A program made the position numbers and the translations under genes. A model generated the notes under the pieces. It did no database searches, was not told the DNA's origin, and saw only the letters and a program-made list of their open reading frames with translations. From the NCBI GenBank assembly GCA_046497075.1, contig JAWOGF010000038.1, positions 1,306 through 65,305 of the forward strand: a DNA stretch of 64,000 bases. Direction: 5' to 3'. Every line of letters starts with the position of its first letter. The stretch's first letter is position 1. Below, in pieces: positions 19,010-28,707 of this stretch. Origin of the DNA: Candidatus Saliniplasma sp. (lineage in GTDB: Archaea > Thermoplasmatota > Thermoplasmata > Halarchaeoplasmatales > Halarchaeoplasmataceae).

Positions 19010-19493
19010 CTACCTTCAATGTGTCTTTATCATTTTCTCTTGCTAGATCCCCTTTCAGTTGATGGATCCTCACATAGTAAAGTACTACCAGTGAAAATGG
19101 AAGTACAAATAATGAGGGAGGATACGGTCCAGAGTAAGAAGCTGTGAACCCGGCCCATGTTTTGAACCAACTGCCGTCACCACCAGGTATCGATCCCAGG
19201 AAAGTGCTGATAAGGTACATCCCAGCTAAAACCCAAATCATCATACTGGCCATCACCATCTTAGCCTGCTGATGGATTTCCTTGAAATTTTTCACGCTGT
19301 ATATGTAAAACCCACCTGCAAAGAACAGTATCAGTCCCTTCCAAAGCAGGAAGTCACCTGTTATTATCATCGGACCTATTTCTACAGGTATTCCCAGTAA
19401 CCCTGAGACGATCTCAACTATTCCAAGGACTAGAACTGCTGCACCGAATATCCCAAAGTAGATGCTGCCGAACCTATACTTTTCTTCTTTCAT
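18996..19493 (-). CDS. Hypothetical membrane protein (4 TM)
   Basis: Hydrophobic helices. Sits between the feoB membrane gene and the feoC-like gene. Confidence 0.4.
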   Translation of the reverse strand: MKEEKYRFGSIYFGIFGAAVLVLGIVEIVSGLLGIPVEIGPMIITGDFLLWKGLILFFAGGFYIYSVKNFKEIHQQAKMVMASMMIWVLAGMYLISTFLGSIPGGDGSWFKTWAGFTASYSGPYPPSLFVLPFSLVVLYYVRIHQLKGDLARENDKDTLKVDEDE

Positions 19494-19494
19494 A

Positions 19495-20730
19495 CTATGC
19501 GACCCCCATTATATGCCAAAGAAAGTTTAATAAACCGCCCCAGATGAATAGAACAAAGATCAGGGTGAGCAGACCGCCACCTAGATTTTCGATGATACCT
19601 CTTATCCCTCCTTCCTTCCCCTCTTTGATTATCATGGCAAAGGTGGCGATGCAGGGGAAGTAAAGGTTTATGAGGACCACAGAGCTTATCAACTGATATT
19701 TACTCATCTCTATAGCTGAAAGCTGTGCTACTGCCAAGTCCTTCCTCAGGAAACCTGCTATGAGAGGTCCAACTGTTTCCTTAGGTATACCGAACCAACC
19801 GGTCAATAGAGGACTCATGGTATTAGCTAACACATCTATCACTCCACCCAGGTATAGTATATTCACCATTCCAACACCCAGTAAAACGAACGGAATAGCT
19901 ACTGTAAAGAAGCCTTTTACCCTTATCCACAATTTTTTTGAAACATTTCTCATGGTTGGCATCCTGTAGGGTGGTATGTCGATAAGGATCTCTGGCGACT
20001 TCCCAGGTATTATTTTATGTAAGATGAATCCAAAAATGAAGAATCCAGCGAATAGATACAACAGTATATAACCGGTATACTCTGGTATAAGCGAAAGCAT
20101 GACACCTAACTGTGCACCACAGGGTATGAAGATCGCTAATAGTATCATCATCATAAAGCGCTGTTTTTTAGTTTGTAGAGATCTCGTAGCGGCGACTCCC
20201 GGTACGTTGCACCCTAATGAAAGTATCATCGGGACTATTGCAAAACCGTGGAGTCCTATCTTATGCAGGAATGTATCAATGAGCACCGCCAATCTAGGTA
20301 GGTATCCACTGTCTTCAAGAACTATCAAGTAAAGGTAGAAAGCAGTAATGGCTGGGAGGACTATCCCAACTGCCACGAAAAGACCAGAAGTGAGCATCCC
20401 GAAAGCTTCGAATGAATTGGTTGCTCCCGGTTCACCTACCAGGATGTAGTAAAACCAGCTCCCCTCACCTGGAAAAGCTTTTTGTAACCAAGGGAGCCAG
20501 TGGTTATCAAAAATTTTAATAAGAAAACCATCAGTGAAGAAACCTGCGAATGCACTGAAGAAAGCCCAGAAACCATAAAGAGCAGTTAACGCGATGGGGA
20601 TGCCCGTCAAAGGTTTTACTGTGAGTTCAGCGATTGCATCTTTTAGTGTAGTTTTCCTTTCACCATAACTGATAGTTTGGCCGGCAATCTCATCTATCAA
20701 CTCCCATCTTTCATCGATATCCAACTTCAT
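19495..20730 (-). CDS. feoB: Ferrous iron transporter FeoB, membrane (gate/nucleoside-recognition) portion. FeoB is split.
   Basis: Polytopic membrane protein that immediately follows a separate FeoB GTPase gene. Confidence 0.8.
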   Translation of the reverse strand: MKLDIDERWELIDEIAGQTISYGERKTTLKDAIAELTVKPLTGIPIALTALYGFWAFFSAFAGFFTDGFLIKIFDNHWLPWLQKAFPGEGSWFYYILVGEPGATNSFEAFGMLTSGLFVAVGIVLPAITAFYLYLIVLEDSGYLPRLAVLIDTFLHKIGLHGFAIVPMILSLGCNVPGVAATRSLQTKKQRFMMMILLAIFIPCGAQLGVMLSLIPEYTGYILLYLFAGFFIFGFILHKIIPGKSPEILIDIPPYRMPTMRNVSKKLWIRVKGFFTVAIPFVLLGVGMVNILYLGGVIDVLANTMSPLLTGWFGIPKETVGPLIAGFLRKDLAVAQLSAIEMSKYQLISSVVLINLYFPCIATFAMIIKEGKEGGIRGIIENLGGGLLTLIFVLFIWGGLLNFLWHIMGVA

Positions 20731-21257
20731 TTACCGCTCACCTTAGCTCTTCTTTTTATCCTACTAACGTCCACTGGTTTAGCTTCCTTGATCCTGGAAG
20801 CTAGTTCTTTTATCCCCGCTCCACTGATAGCTATAGTTGTGACTATCGGAACGCCGAGTAACTTCCTCAACCTTTCTAAATCTATATCTATCTCCTTATC
20901 CTCTGCAACATCCCACATATTAAGCGCGATTATAACTGGATAACCCTTTTCGATGATCTCTAAAGCAAGATAAAGACCTCTCTCCAATTTAGTTGAATCT
21001 ATTACACAGATCACGACGGAATCCTTATTCTCTTCAAGCATCCTGACTGCTACTTCCTCAGCCTTATCCTTGGGTTCCAATGAGAAAGTACCCGGAACAT
21101 CTATCAACTCCACTTCTTCATCGTCTAACTGCATATATCCCTGAGTATAATCAACCGTTGTGCCAGGGTAGTTGGATTCAGTGACATTTGCCCCAGTCAA
21201 ACGATTAAAGACAACACTCTTACCCACGTTAGGATGTCCCATAAGCAGTAATTTCAC
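20727..21257 (-). CDS. feoB: FeoB N-terminal GTPase domain protein
   Basis: MGHPNVGKSVVFNRLTG G1 motif, DVPG G3 motif, NMWD G4 motif. Confidence 0.85.
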   Translation of the reverse strand: MKLLLMGHPNVGKSVVFNRLTGANVTESNYPGTTVDYTQGYMQLDDEEVELIDVPGTFSLEPKDKAEEVAVRMLEENKDSVVICVIDSTKLERGLYLALEIIEKGYPVIIALNMWDVAEDKEIDIDLERLRKLLGVPIVTTIAISGAGIKELASRIKEAKPVDVSRIKRRAKVSGK

Positions 21258-21481
21258 TCTTCCACCTCAACTTGGATCCTGTCAGCAATACCCACCCCCA
21301 TAGAGGTAGTGGAGCCTTCTACCTTCACTACGACGGGACCCTTTATCGGCTGCCGAGTCATAAAAACTATATTTTTACCTACTCGGATCCCCATCCCAGC
21401 AACTTTATTCCTGAGTTCTTGAACTATATCTACAACCGTTCCTTTTTCACCATAATCCATAGAAGTAAGCCTTTTCTTCAT
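21254..21481 (-). CDS. feoA: FeoA family protein
   Basis: 75 aa SH3-like protein; G-TVVDIV...G-GIRVG pattern. Confidence 0.75.
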   Translation of the reverse strand: MKKRLTSMDYGEKGTVVDIVQELRNKVAGMGIRVGKNIVFMTRQPIKGPVVVKVEGSTTSMGVGIADRIQVEVEE

Positions 21482-21485
21482 CTTA

Positions 21486-21704
21486 TCATATCCTTCTAAC
21501 CCTTATCTTAGCAGCCATGCCCCTACCAATGGATACAGTGTTTCTATTCACTTCTAAAGTGATTCGGCCATGAGATGATATGATCCTTACGATACAATTT
21601 TCAGTGATCCCTTTTAGGGCGAGTTTCTGTTTAAAACCTCTCCCACCATGGATGTTAACGATCATTGCGAGCTCCCCTGGACTTAACTGGGCTAGTTTCA
21701 TCAT
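21486..21704 (-). CDS. feoA: FeoA family protein (second copy)
   Basis: 72 aa, LSPGELAMIVNI...LALKGITENCIVRI. Confidence 0.75.
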   Translation of the reverse strand: MMKLAQLSPGELAMIVNIHGGRGFKQKLALKGITENCIVRIISSHGRITLEVNRNTVSIGRGMAAKIRVRRI

Positions 21705-21984
21705 TTATCACTTCTTGACGATATCCATCTTTGGTATACCATATTAGTTACGGTAAACCGAATATTTAAGTCTTATATAAGGATTAGGGTTGTATGGGCT
21801 TCATCCCGAAATCTAGCCTTACCTTCCATACCGGCTTATTTTCTGGAAGGGAGTCATTACCCAAAAATTTTTGAAAATGATGCTTTTATTTAGAACATTA
21901 AAAGATATATTTTAATATGAACCAAAATACTTTTATTACATCTCTTTATGTACGAGCATCTTCTTTGCAGAGGATGTTGAAAAT

Positions 21985-24678
21985 ATGAGATATGGGAAGG
22001 TAATGGCGATAGGACTGATAAGTGTACTGTTAGTTAGTGGAGTTGGAATGACGTTAGGTTATTCGAGAGATGTTGAAATCGATAGTTCAACTGCTGATCT
22101 ATTTTCTGGAGGGAGTGGAACTGAAAGCGATCCATACCAAATAAGTAATGTTACGCAGCTGCAGAATATGAATAAAGATTTAGATGCTCATTATGAGTTG
22201 ATTGAAGATATAGATGCGAGTGTGACTAAGGATTGGAACAATGGAAGTGGATTTATGCCAGTGGGTAAAGACGACGATGAAAGGTTTTCTGGAAGTTTAG
22301 ATGGTAAGGGATATAATATCAGAGGATTATACATCAACCGACCAAGTAGTGATTATGTAGGCCTGTTTGGAAGCCTGGGAGGAGTCACTGTTGATTCCTC
22401 AGTAGAAAGAACATGTATCGTTGATTCGAACATAAGTGGAAACAGGAATGTCGGACTACTAGTGGGAGAAAACTTTTACGGTAATGTCAAAAATTCATGT
22501 GCCCAGGGAAACGTAAGTGGAAACGAAAAGGTAGGAGGACTTATAGGGATTAATCATGGCGAAGTCAATAATTCTTACACAATAGGACATATGAGTGGAG
22601 ATGACAATACTGGTGGGCTCGTTGGATATAATGGTGGCACGGTCAATAACTCGTATGCTATGGGAAACGTGAGCGGGGACTCTATTGTAGGCGGACTTGT
22701 TGGTTGGAACCACGGTAGTATGGTCAACAACTCATATGCTATGGGAAACGTGAGTGGTGAGAGAGAAATCGGCGGACTCGTTGGAGACGGAGGCACCGTC
22801 AAAAATTCATATGCTAGAGTAAACATGAGTGGAAACTATGAAGTCGGCGGACTCGTTGGAGACGGATGCACTGTCAAGAATTCACATTATAATATCGACG
22901 AAGTCATAATCAATGGTGGGCATCGAATCACTATAGGAAGTCTCTTTCAACAGCAGTATCAGGATTGGATGTCTAGCAACAAAAGACTAGAGATCTCAGA
23001 TTATAGCGATACATTAGTAAAATCGGGCGAATATTACGAAATAAGCGGAGTAGAGGGAATAAAAGATATATTAGGATTTGCTGGGGAAAAACAATACAAG
23101 TTCTGCCTTAAAGATGACATAGATCTTTCTAGTGAACCTGGACTGTACATACCCTACTTCGCTGCTGAGTTTGACGGGAACGGTTACACAATCAAAAATC
23201 TTCATTTGAACTGGTCTGCTGGTTCAAATCTTGGATTTTTCGGTTATTTACCTTCCTCTGCTTATTTATTTGATACTAGTCTAGCTAGGGCAAATGTAAG
23301 AGGAACTACACACATCGGGGGTCTCGTTGGATTTAACGATGAAGGCATGGTCAATAATTCATATGCCACGGGAGGAGTTGTAAAAAGCTCGATCACATGT
23401 GTCGGTGGTCTAATAGGTTTAAACCATGGTACGGTCAAGTATTCATATACAACTGGAGAAGTAAATGGAAATAGCTCTGTCGGCGGACTCGTTGGAGAGA
23501 ATTGGGGCTCGGTTAACAATTCCTATGCTGATGGAAACGTAAAGGGAAATATGTGCGTTGGCACTCTCGTAGGGATGAATGTAAACAAAATTGAAAGATC
23601 CTATGCAAGAGGAAATGTAAATGGAAATAGCTCTGTCGGCGGGTTAGCAGGACTAAATTGGGCAGGTACAGTTAGAAATTCTTATGCTACGGCAAATGTG
23701 AACGGAAACAACACTATCGGTGGGCTTTTAGGAGGGAACATCAGGGAGGGTAGGATCAAAAACTCATATGCTACAGGGAACGTGAGCGGAAACGAAAGGG
23801 TAGGAGGACTCGTTGGAGATAACAGTGCCACGGTCAATAACTCATTATGGGACATAAATACCACGAGCCAATCTTCAAGTAATGGCGGAACGGGGAAGAC
23901 TACCACAGAGATGAAGGACATCGATACATTCACTGATACATCGACTGAAGGCTTAGAACAAGCCTGGGATTTCGTCGAGGTTCCAAATGATGATGATGGC
24001 ACCAAAGACATCTGGAAAATCGATGAAGATGTCAACGATGGCTATCCATTTTTGGTCTGTGATAGAAACACAACTCCTCCAACAGCGGATGCAGGAGAAG
24101 ACAAAACAGTAGGTATAGATGAAGACTTGACTTTCGATGGCTCTTCTTCAACAGATAACGTGAATATCACAGACTATACATGGACGATAGAAGGAGATGA
24201 GTATGAAGGAGAATCTGTTACTCACTCGTTCAGTGAAGTAGGTACCTATGAAGTTGAACTAACTGTAACGTATTCATCAGGTAACTCTGATAGTGATTCG
24301 ATAACGGTGACAGTTGAAGATGATGTACCTCCAACAGTATCTGTAGATATCTACGGTGATCTAGTTGAAGGTGAAGAGATAACAGTCGATGCTTCAGAAT
24401 CAGCTGATAACGTGGGTATCGAAAGTATTGAGTGTGAATTCGGCGACGGTACGACGGCTACTGGTGCAAACGTTACACATACTTACGAAGAAGCCGGTGA
24501 TTATACAGTAAACGTAACAGTGACTGACGAAGCAGGTAACATTGATGAATATCAAGAGACTATAACTGTTGAAGAAGAAAGTGATGGTGATAACGACACT
24601 CCTGGATTTACATTGATGATACTGCTATTCAGCTTATCGTTAGTGGCGATATACAGATATAGAAAGAAGAAAAGATAA
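21985..24678 (+). CDS. Secreted surface protein with N-terminal signal peptide, about 20 GLUG-motif repeats, two PKD domains and a PGF-CTERM archaeosortase sorting tail
   Basis: Reiterated VGGLVGxNxGxVNNSYAxGNVSG units, TYEVELTVT / DYTVNVTVTD PKD signatures, and a C-terminal PGFTLMILLFSLSLVAIYRYRKKKR. Confidence 0.85.
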   Translation: MRYGKVMAIGLISVLLVSGVGMTLGYSRDVEIDSSTADLFSGGSGTESDPYQISNVTQLQNMNKDLDAHYELIEDIDASVTKDWNNGSGFMPVGKDDDERFSGSLDGKGYNIRGLYINRPSSDYVGLFGSLGGVTVDSSVERTCIVDSNISGNRNVGLLVGENFYGNVKNSCAQGNVSGNEKVGGLIGINHGEVNNSYTIGHMSGDDNTGGLVGYNGGTVNNSYAMGNVSGDSIVGGLVGWNHGSMVNNSYAMGNVSGEREIGGLVGDGGTVKNSYARVNMSGNYEVGGLVGDGCTVKNSHYNIDEVIINGGHRITIGSLFQQQYQDWMSSNKRLEISDYSDTLVKSGEYYEISGVEGIKDILGFAGEKQYKFCLKDDIDLSSEPGLYIPYFAAEFDGNGYTIKNLHLNWSAGSNLGFFGYLPSSAYLFDTSLARANVRGTTHIGGLVGFNDEGMVNNSYATGGVVKSSITCVGGLIGLNHGTVKYSYTTGEVNGNSSVGGLVGENWGSVNNSYADGNVKGNMCVGTLVGMNVNKIERSYARGNVNGNSSVGGLAGLNWAGTVRNSYATANVNGNNTIGGLLGGNIREGRIKNSYATGNVSGNERVGGLVGDNSATVNNSLWDINTTSQSSSNGGTGKTTTEMKDIDTFTDTSTEGLEQAWDFVEVPNDDDGTKDIWKIDEDVNDGYPFLVCDRNTTPPTADAGEDKTVGIDEDLTFDGSSSTDNVNITDYTWTIEGDEYEGESVTHSFSEVGTYEVELTVTYSSGNSDSDSITVTVEDDVPPTVSVDIYGDLVEGEEITVDASESADNVGIESIECEFGDGTTATGANVTHTYEEAGDYTVNVTVTDEAGNIDEYQETITVEEESDGDNDTPGFTLMILLFSLSLVAIYRYRKKKR
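22380..23850. repeat. Tandem ~72-75-bp coding repeats (GLUG units) inside the surface-protein gene
   Basis: ggactcgttgga...aattcatatgct recurs more than 15 times. The three-base periodicity is preserved, which is why antisense ORFs persist. Confidence 0.8.
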
Positions 24679-24933
24679 CCCAACAACCTTTCCTTTATTT
24701 TTACATTTTTCTTTAAATTTGGGCAAATTTATGGTATGTCTACTTAAAATAAAGATCATAGGCTTCATCCCAAAATAAAAAAGATTTAAGAAGAAGCTCG
24801 GTTAAGTAAATATTCGAAAAGTTAAATTGATATAGATCAAATTCAATTAACGTATTGCGGTTTCTACTGGAAAATCGAAGGGTTTTCCATCGATCTACAG
24901 AGTTCTGACGAATTCTGTATAATTTCGCAATAG

Positions 24934-24973
24934 GGTGAACCTGTGGTCACTCCCAAGGTATCCACAGGTTCAC
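24934..24973. other. Perfect 13-bp inverted repeat GGTGAACCTGTGG-N14-CCACAGGTTCACC (stable hairpin) in a 670-bp intergenic region
   Basis: Read directly from the sequence. A GCC-cttc-GGC tetraloop-like hairpin lies 20 nt downstream. Confidence 0.5.
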
Positions 24974-25352
24974 TCCTAACTCTTCTGCCCTTCGGCTCTA
25001 CTGGAATTTCAAAGAAATTGGTGGGTAAGGATAAGAGTTCCCTCCTACGCCACCCCCTAAACCAGTTCCAACTGTAAATAGAAGTACTTATGTTTATATG
25101 ACACCAACAAACACCGAGGAATTTAATGGAAGCATGGGTGCAATGCTTATCCTATTACTGTTATTTTTTCCCCTAGCTATATTATATTTCAAAGAATAGA
25201 ACAGTTCGTATGTGTAGAAGATGTGCAACCGAGTTGAAAGGCATGTCTATGCAATGTCATGGATGCGGAGCTATTGTAAGATAAAGAAATCATCAACCAT
25301 TAGATATCAATATCTCTAAATATAATCCTAAGATGGTACAGTGATCACCTGG

Positions 25353-26336
25353 TCATAACATCTCTGCTCTTAGTTCAGTATCTGATTTAGGCGATAGATA
25401 ACATAGAGGGATATCGAAGACCGTTTTAGCACCTGCCGCTCCTTCTTTACTCAAACGGTTCACGGCCCGTGCATAAGCTACCAAGACACTAGCAGTGAAT
25501 TCAGGATTACTTTCCAGATCTAAACCGAATTCATAGGTTTGATTCTTTTCTTTATCGAAACCTGTTCTTCCACTTCTAATCACAAAACCGCCGTGCGGCA
25601 TCTCGGAATGATCCCTGTTCAATTCTTTCTTTGTCACAAAATTTACGTTCGTTTCATAATGTTCAAAGTAATTTGGCATACTCTTGATCTCGTCTTCGAT
25701 CCTAGCTTTGTCAGCACCATCCTCCACGACCACATAACACTCTCGTCTGTGCCCATCGGATGCCGTTAGATCAGGGTTTTCACCATCTCTCACCCTATCG
25801 ATAGTCTCTTCGATAGGGATCGTGTATTGAACGGCATCTTTTACTCCTTCGATACGCCGAAGTGCATCTGAGTGGCCCTGACTGACACCAGAACCCCAGA
25901 ATGTATAGTCACGTCCTTCGGGTAAGATAGCTCCGGCTAACATCCTGTTCATCGAAAAAAGACCAGGGTCCCAACCTATTGATACTGCACTCAGCGTACC
26001 GTTTTCCTTGGCGACCCGATTCATCTCCTCATAATAGTCAGGTATCCTCTCGTGATTATCATAGCTGTCTACGGTGTTGAACATGCTGGCGAACTTTGGG
26101 CCCTGGACGGGGAGATCGGTAGCGGATCCACCGCACAGCAGCATCACATCGATCTTCGATATGTAGTCTTCGGCTTGATCGACATTCACTACATCAACGT
26201 CCTCACTCTTTACCTTAAGAGCCTTAGGATCCCTTCTAGTAAATATTCCAACGAGTTCTATGTCGGGATTTTGCCTTATCGCTGCTTTAACTCCTTTACC
26301 TAGATTTCCATATCCTACTATTCCTGCTTTCATCAT
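25353..26336 (-). CDS. ddh: meso-Diaminopimelate D-dehydrogenase
   Basis: Near-collinear similarity to Corynebacterium Ddh (GIVGYGNLG, MLLCGGSATD, VSIGWDPG, FWGSGVSQGHSDALRRIEGV, MPHGGFV, NPEFTAS). Confidence 0.9.
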   Translation of the reverse strand: MMKAGIVGYGNLGKGVKAAIRQNPDIELVGIFTRRDPKALKVKSEDVDVVNVDQAEDYISKIDVMLLCGGSATDLPVQGPKFASMFNTVDSYDNHERIPDYYEEMNRVAKENGTLSAVSIGWDPGLFSMNRMLAGAILPEGRDYTFWGSGVSQGHSDALRRIEGVKDAVQYTIPIEETIDRVRDGENPDLTASDGHRRECYVVVEDGADKARIEDEIKSMPNYFEHYETNVNFVTKKELNRDHSEMPHGGFVIRSGRTGFDKEKNQTYEFGLDLESNPEFTASVLVAYARAVNRLSKEGAAGAKTVFDIPLCYLSPKSDTELRAEML

Positions 26337-26350
26337 TTTTCACCTCTTAA

Positions 26351-27658
26351 TTAAAAACTCTGTTTCCTTTCAAGATCTTTCATACTCTCAGCCTCCCTGA
26401 TCAAGGTGTCTTCACCTCTATTCACCAAAACCTCAGGAGGTCTTAATTTAGAATTATAATTTGATGTCATAGTAAAGCCGTATGCTCCCGCATTGAGGAT
26501 CGCTAGTAGATCGCCTTCTTCGACCTTTGGTAACTTCCTTTCTTTCCCCAAAAAGTCGGACGACTCACACAACGGCCCCATCACATCATACTCCTCAAGT
26601 TCATCCTCATTTCCATACATCTTTTTGGTGTGTGCTATGGGGTGGTATGCATCATACATAGCGGGTCTGATCAAGGTATGTAGTCCCGCATCTACTCCTA
26701 TGAGACGTTTATTAACAGTATCTTTTAGCGCGTTGACTTCAGTGAGGATGATCCCTGCGTCACCCATTATGTACCTACCGGGTTCCATACAGAAGTAGGG
26801 CTTTCCGAGTTCATGTTCTGCTAATTTGTCTTTGAAAATTCCAAGGACGTCCCGGGAAAATTTTTCGAGGTCCATCTCACTTTCGTCCGGTGTGTAAGGT
26901 ATACCGATACCACCACCGATATCGATGAACTCGAATTCTATACCCAACTCTTCATGGATCCTGCCGGCTATATCCACTATCTTTTCCGCCGCCTGTCGAT
27001 GATGATCTGTTTTTAACATGCCTGAACCGATGTGTGTATGTATCCCGAATCTTTTTACACCACTTTCTAGCGCTTTCTTGTAAGCATCGATGATCTTACT
27101 TTCAAGTACACCGAACTTCGAATCCTTTCCAGCGGTTATAAGATGACGATGAGCACCTCCTCCTTTCTGCAGATTAACTCGGAAGGAGATCAGCTCGGGT
27201 ATCTTCTTTTCGAGCACCCGATCTAACATGGATAAAGAATTTACATTGATCCTCACACCAGACTCCAATAAAGAATCGAGTTCATCGTCTCTAAGATTCA
27301 TACCCGTGAACAGTATCTCGTCTGCATCGAAGCCCGCTTCCTTCGCCAAGTAGATCTCACCAACACTGACCGTATCTACTCTTGCCCCTTCATCCTTCAA
27401 TATCCGCAAGATCGAGATATTGGTGTTCGATTTAGCTGAAAAATAGAGATTCACCTTTTCATATCTATCTGTCAGGGAATCATATAATCTCCGGTAATTG
27501 TCCCTGATCCTCGATTCGCTGTATACGTATACGGGGGTCCCGTATTTTTCAACGATGTCCTCAGCAGTGATTCCTTCGATCTCAAAACGTCCATCTTTTC
27601 CAGAATATATATCTAGTATTTTCATATCCATAATTCCACCGTTCATAGGTACATTCAT
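26351..27658 (-). CDS. lysA: Diaminopimelate decarboxylase
   Basis: PLP-dependent orn/DAP/arg decarboxylase fold (FSAKSNTN, GGGIGIPY, ESSDFLG). Confidence 0.9.
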   Translation of the reverse strand: MNVPMNGGIMDMKILDIYSGKDGRFEIEGITAEDIVEKYGTPVYVYSESRIRDNYRRLYDSLTDRYEKVNLYFSAKSNTNISILRILKDEGARVDTVSVGEIYLAKEAGFDADEILFTGMNLRDDELDSLLESGVRINVNSLSMLDRVLEKKIPELISFRVNLQKGGGAHRHLITAGKDSKFGVLESKIIDAYKKALESGVKRFGIHTHIGSGMLKTDHHRQAAEKIVDIAGRIHEELGIEFEFIDIGGGIGIPYTPDESEMDLEKFSRDVLGIFKDKLAEHELGKPYFCMEPGRYIMGDAGIILTEVNALKDTVNKRLIGVDAGLHTLIRPAMYDAYHPIAHTKKMYGNEDELEEYDVMGPLCESSDFLGKERKLPKVEEGDLLAILNAGAYGFTMTSNYNSKLRPPEVLVNRGEDTLIREAESMKDLERKQSF

Positions 27659-28707
27659 ATGTATCCCCTCTCGGCTAGGAGTTCCGCATGCAGTATACCT
27701 GAGCCGGCGGCCCCCCTTATCGTGTTATGCCCTAAACAGAGATATTTCAACGAGTGGATCGGATCACTTCTAACCCGCCCTACAGTAACACTCATTCCAT
27801 CACCGGCATCTCTATCCAATCTCGGTTGAGGACGGTTTTCTTCATCCCTAACCAATATCGGATCACTTGGGGCTGAAGGAAGTTCCGATATCTGTCCCTG
27901 CCCTTTGAAACTTTTAAAGGCCTCTAACGCTTCGTCCCTGGAGATCCGTTCTCCTAAGTTCAACCAAACCGTTTCAAGATGACCGTCCTTTACATCAACC
28001 CGGTTACAACTGGCACTTATATCCGCATCTAAATATTCTATCCGTTCACCACGGATTTCTCCCAGAATTTTGAGGGGTTCAGATTCTAGTTTATCTTCCT
28101 CTCCAGCTATGTACGGCATTACATTATCGACTATATCCAGTGATGCTACACCCGGATATCCAGCCCCGCTTAGTGCCTGCATCGTAGTTACTACCACGTC
28201 CGATAGACCAAATCTCATCAGAGGTTTGAGGGTCATGGTGAGTTGGATGGTCGAACAGTTGGGATCAGTCGAGATGAAACCAGACCGTTCTTTGTCATCC
28301 CTTTGTTTATCTATCAACCTGAGATGTTCCGGATTCACTTCGGGTATTATCAACGGGACATCGGGGGCCATCCTATGTGCGCTGGCTTTACTTATCACCG
28401 GCAGTTCTTCTGCAAACTCAATTTCCACAGGGCCGGCTACACCTCCGGGAAGGGCTGAGAATATAAAATCCACATCAGCCGTCTTTTTCACATCCTTTAA
28501 AGAGGTAGAAACGACCTCTAGGTCTTTTACCACTTCGGGCATATCCGAACTCAGTTTCCAGCTGCATACGTCACTGAATCTATTTCCCGCTGATCTCTCC
28601 GAAGCCGCTAGTGCGCTTACATCGAACCACGGATGTTCTTCTAGTAATTCTATATATCGCTGGCCTACCGCTCCTGTCGCTCCTAATATCGCTGCTTCAT
28701 ATCTCAA
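27655..28707 (-). CDS. asd: Aspartate-semialdehyde dehydrogenase
   Basis: ILGATGAVGQ NAD site and the SGAGY / CNRV active-site region. Confidence 0.9.
   Translation of the reverse strand: MRYEAAILGATGAVGQRYIELLEEHPWFDVSALAASERSAGNRFSDVCSWKLSSDMPEVVKDLEVVSTSLKDVKKTADVDFIFSALPGGVAGPVEIEFAEELPVISKASAHRMAPDVPLIIPEVNPEHLRLIDKQRDDKERSGFISTDPNCSTIQLTMTLKPLMRFGLSDVVVTTMQALSGAGYPGVASLDIVDNVMPYIAGEEDKLESEPLKILGEIRGERIEYLDADISASCNRVDVKDGHLETVWLNLGERISRDEALEAFKSFKGQGQISELPSAPSDPILVRDEENRPQPRLDRDAGDGMSVTVGRVRSDPIHSLKYLCLGHNTIRGAAGSGILHAELLAERGYI

Noticed and set aside
22495-24035. Minus-strand ORFs inside the GLUG gene (22495..22713, 22575..22826, 23262..23519, 23682..24035)
   Set aside because: These are antisense readings of a 3n-periodic tandem repeat. 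Their Pro/Thr-rich low-complexity products are typical repeat artefacts.
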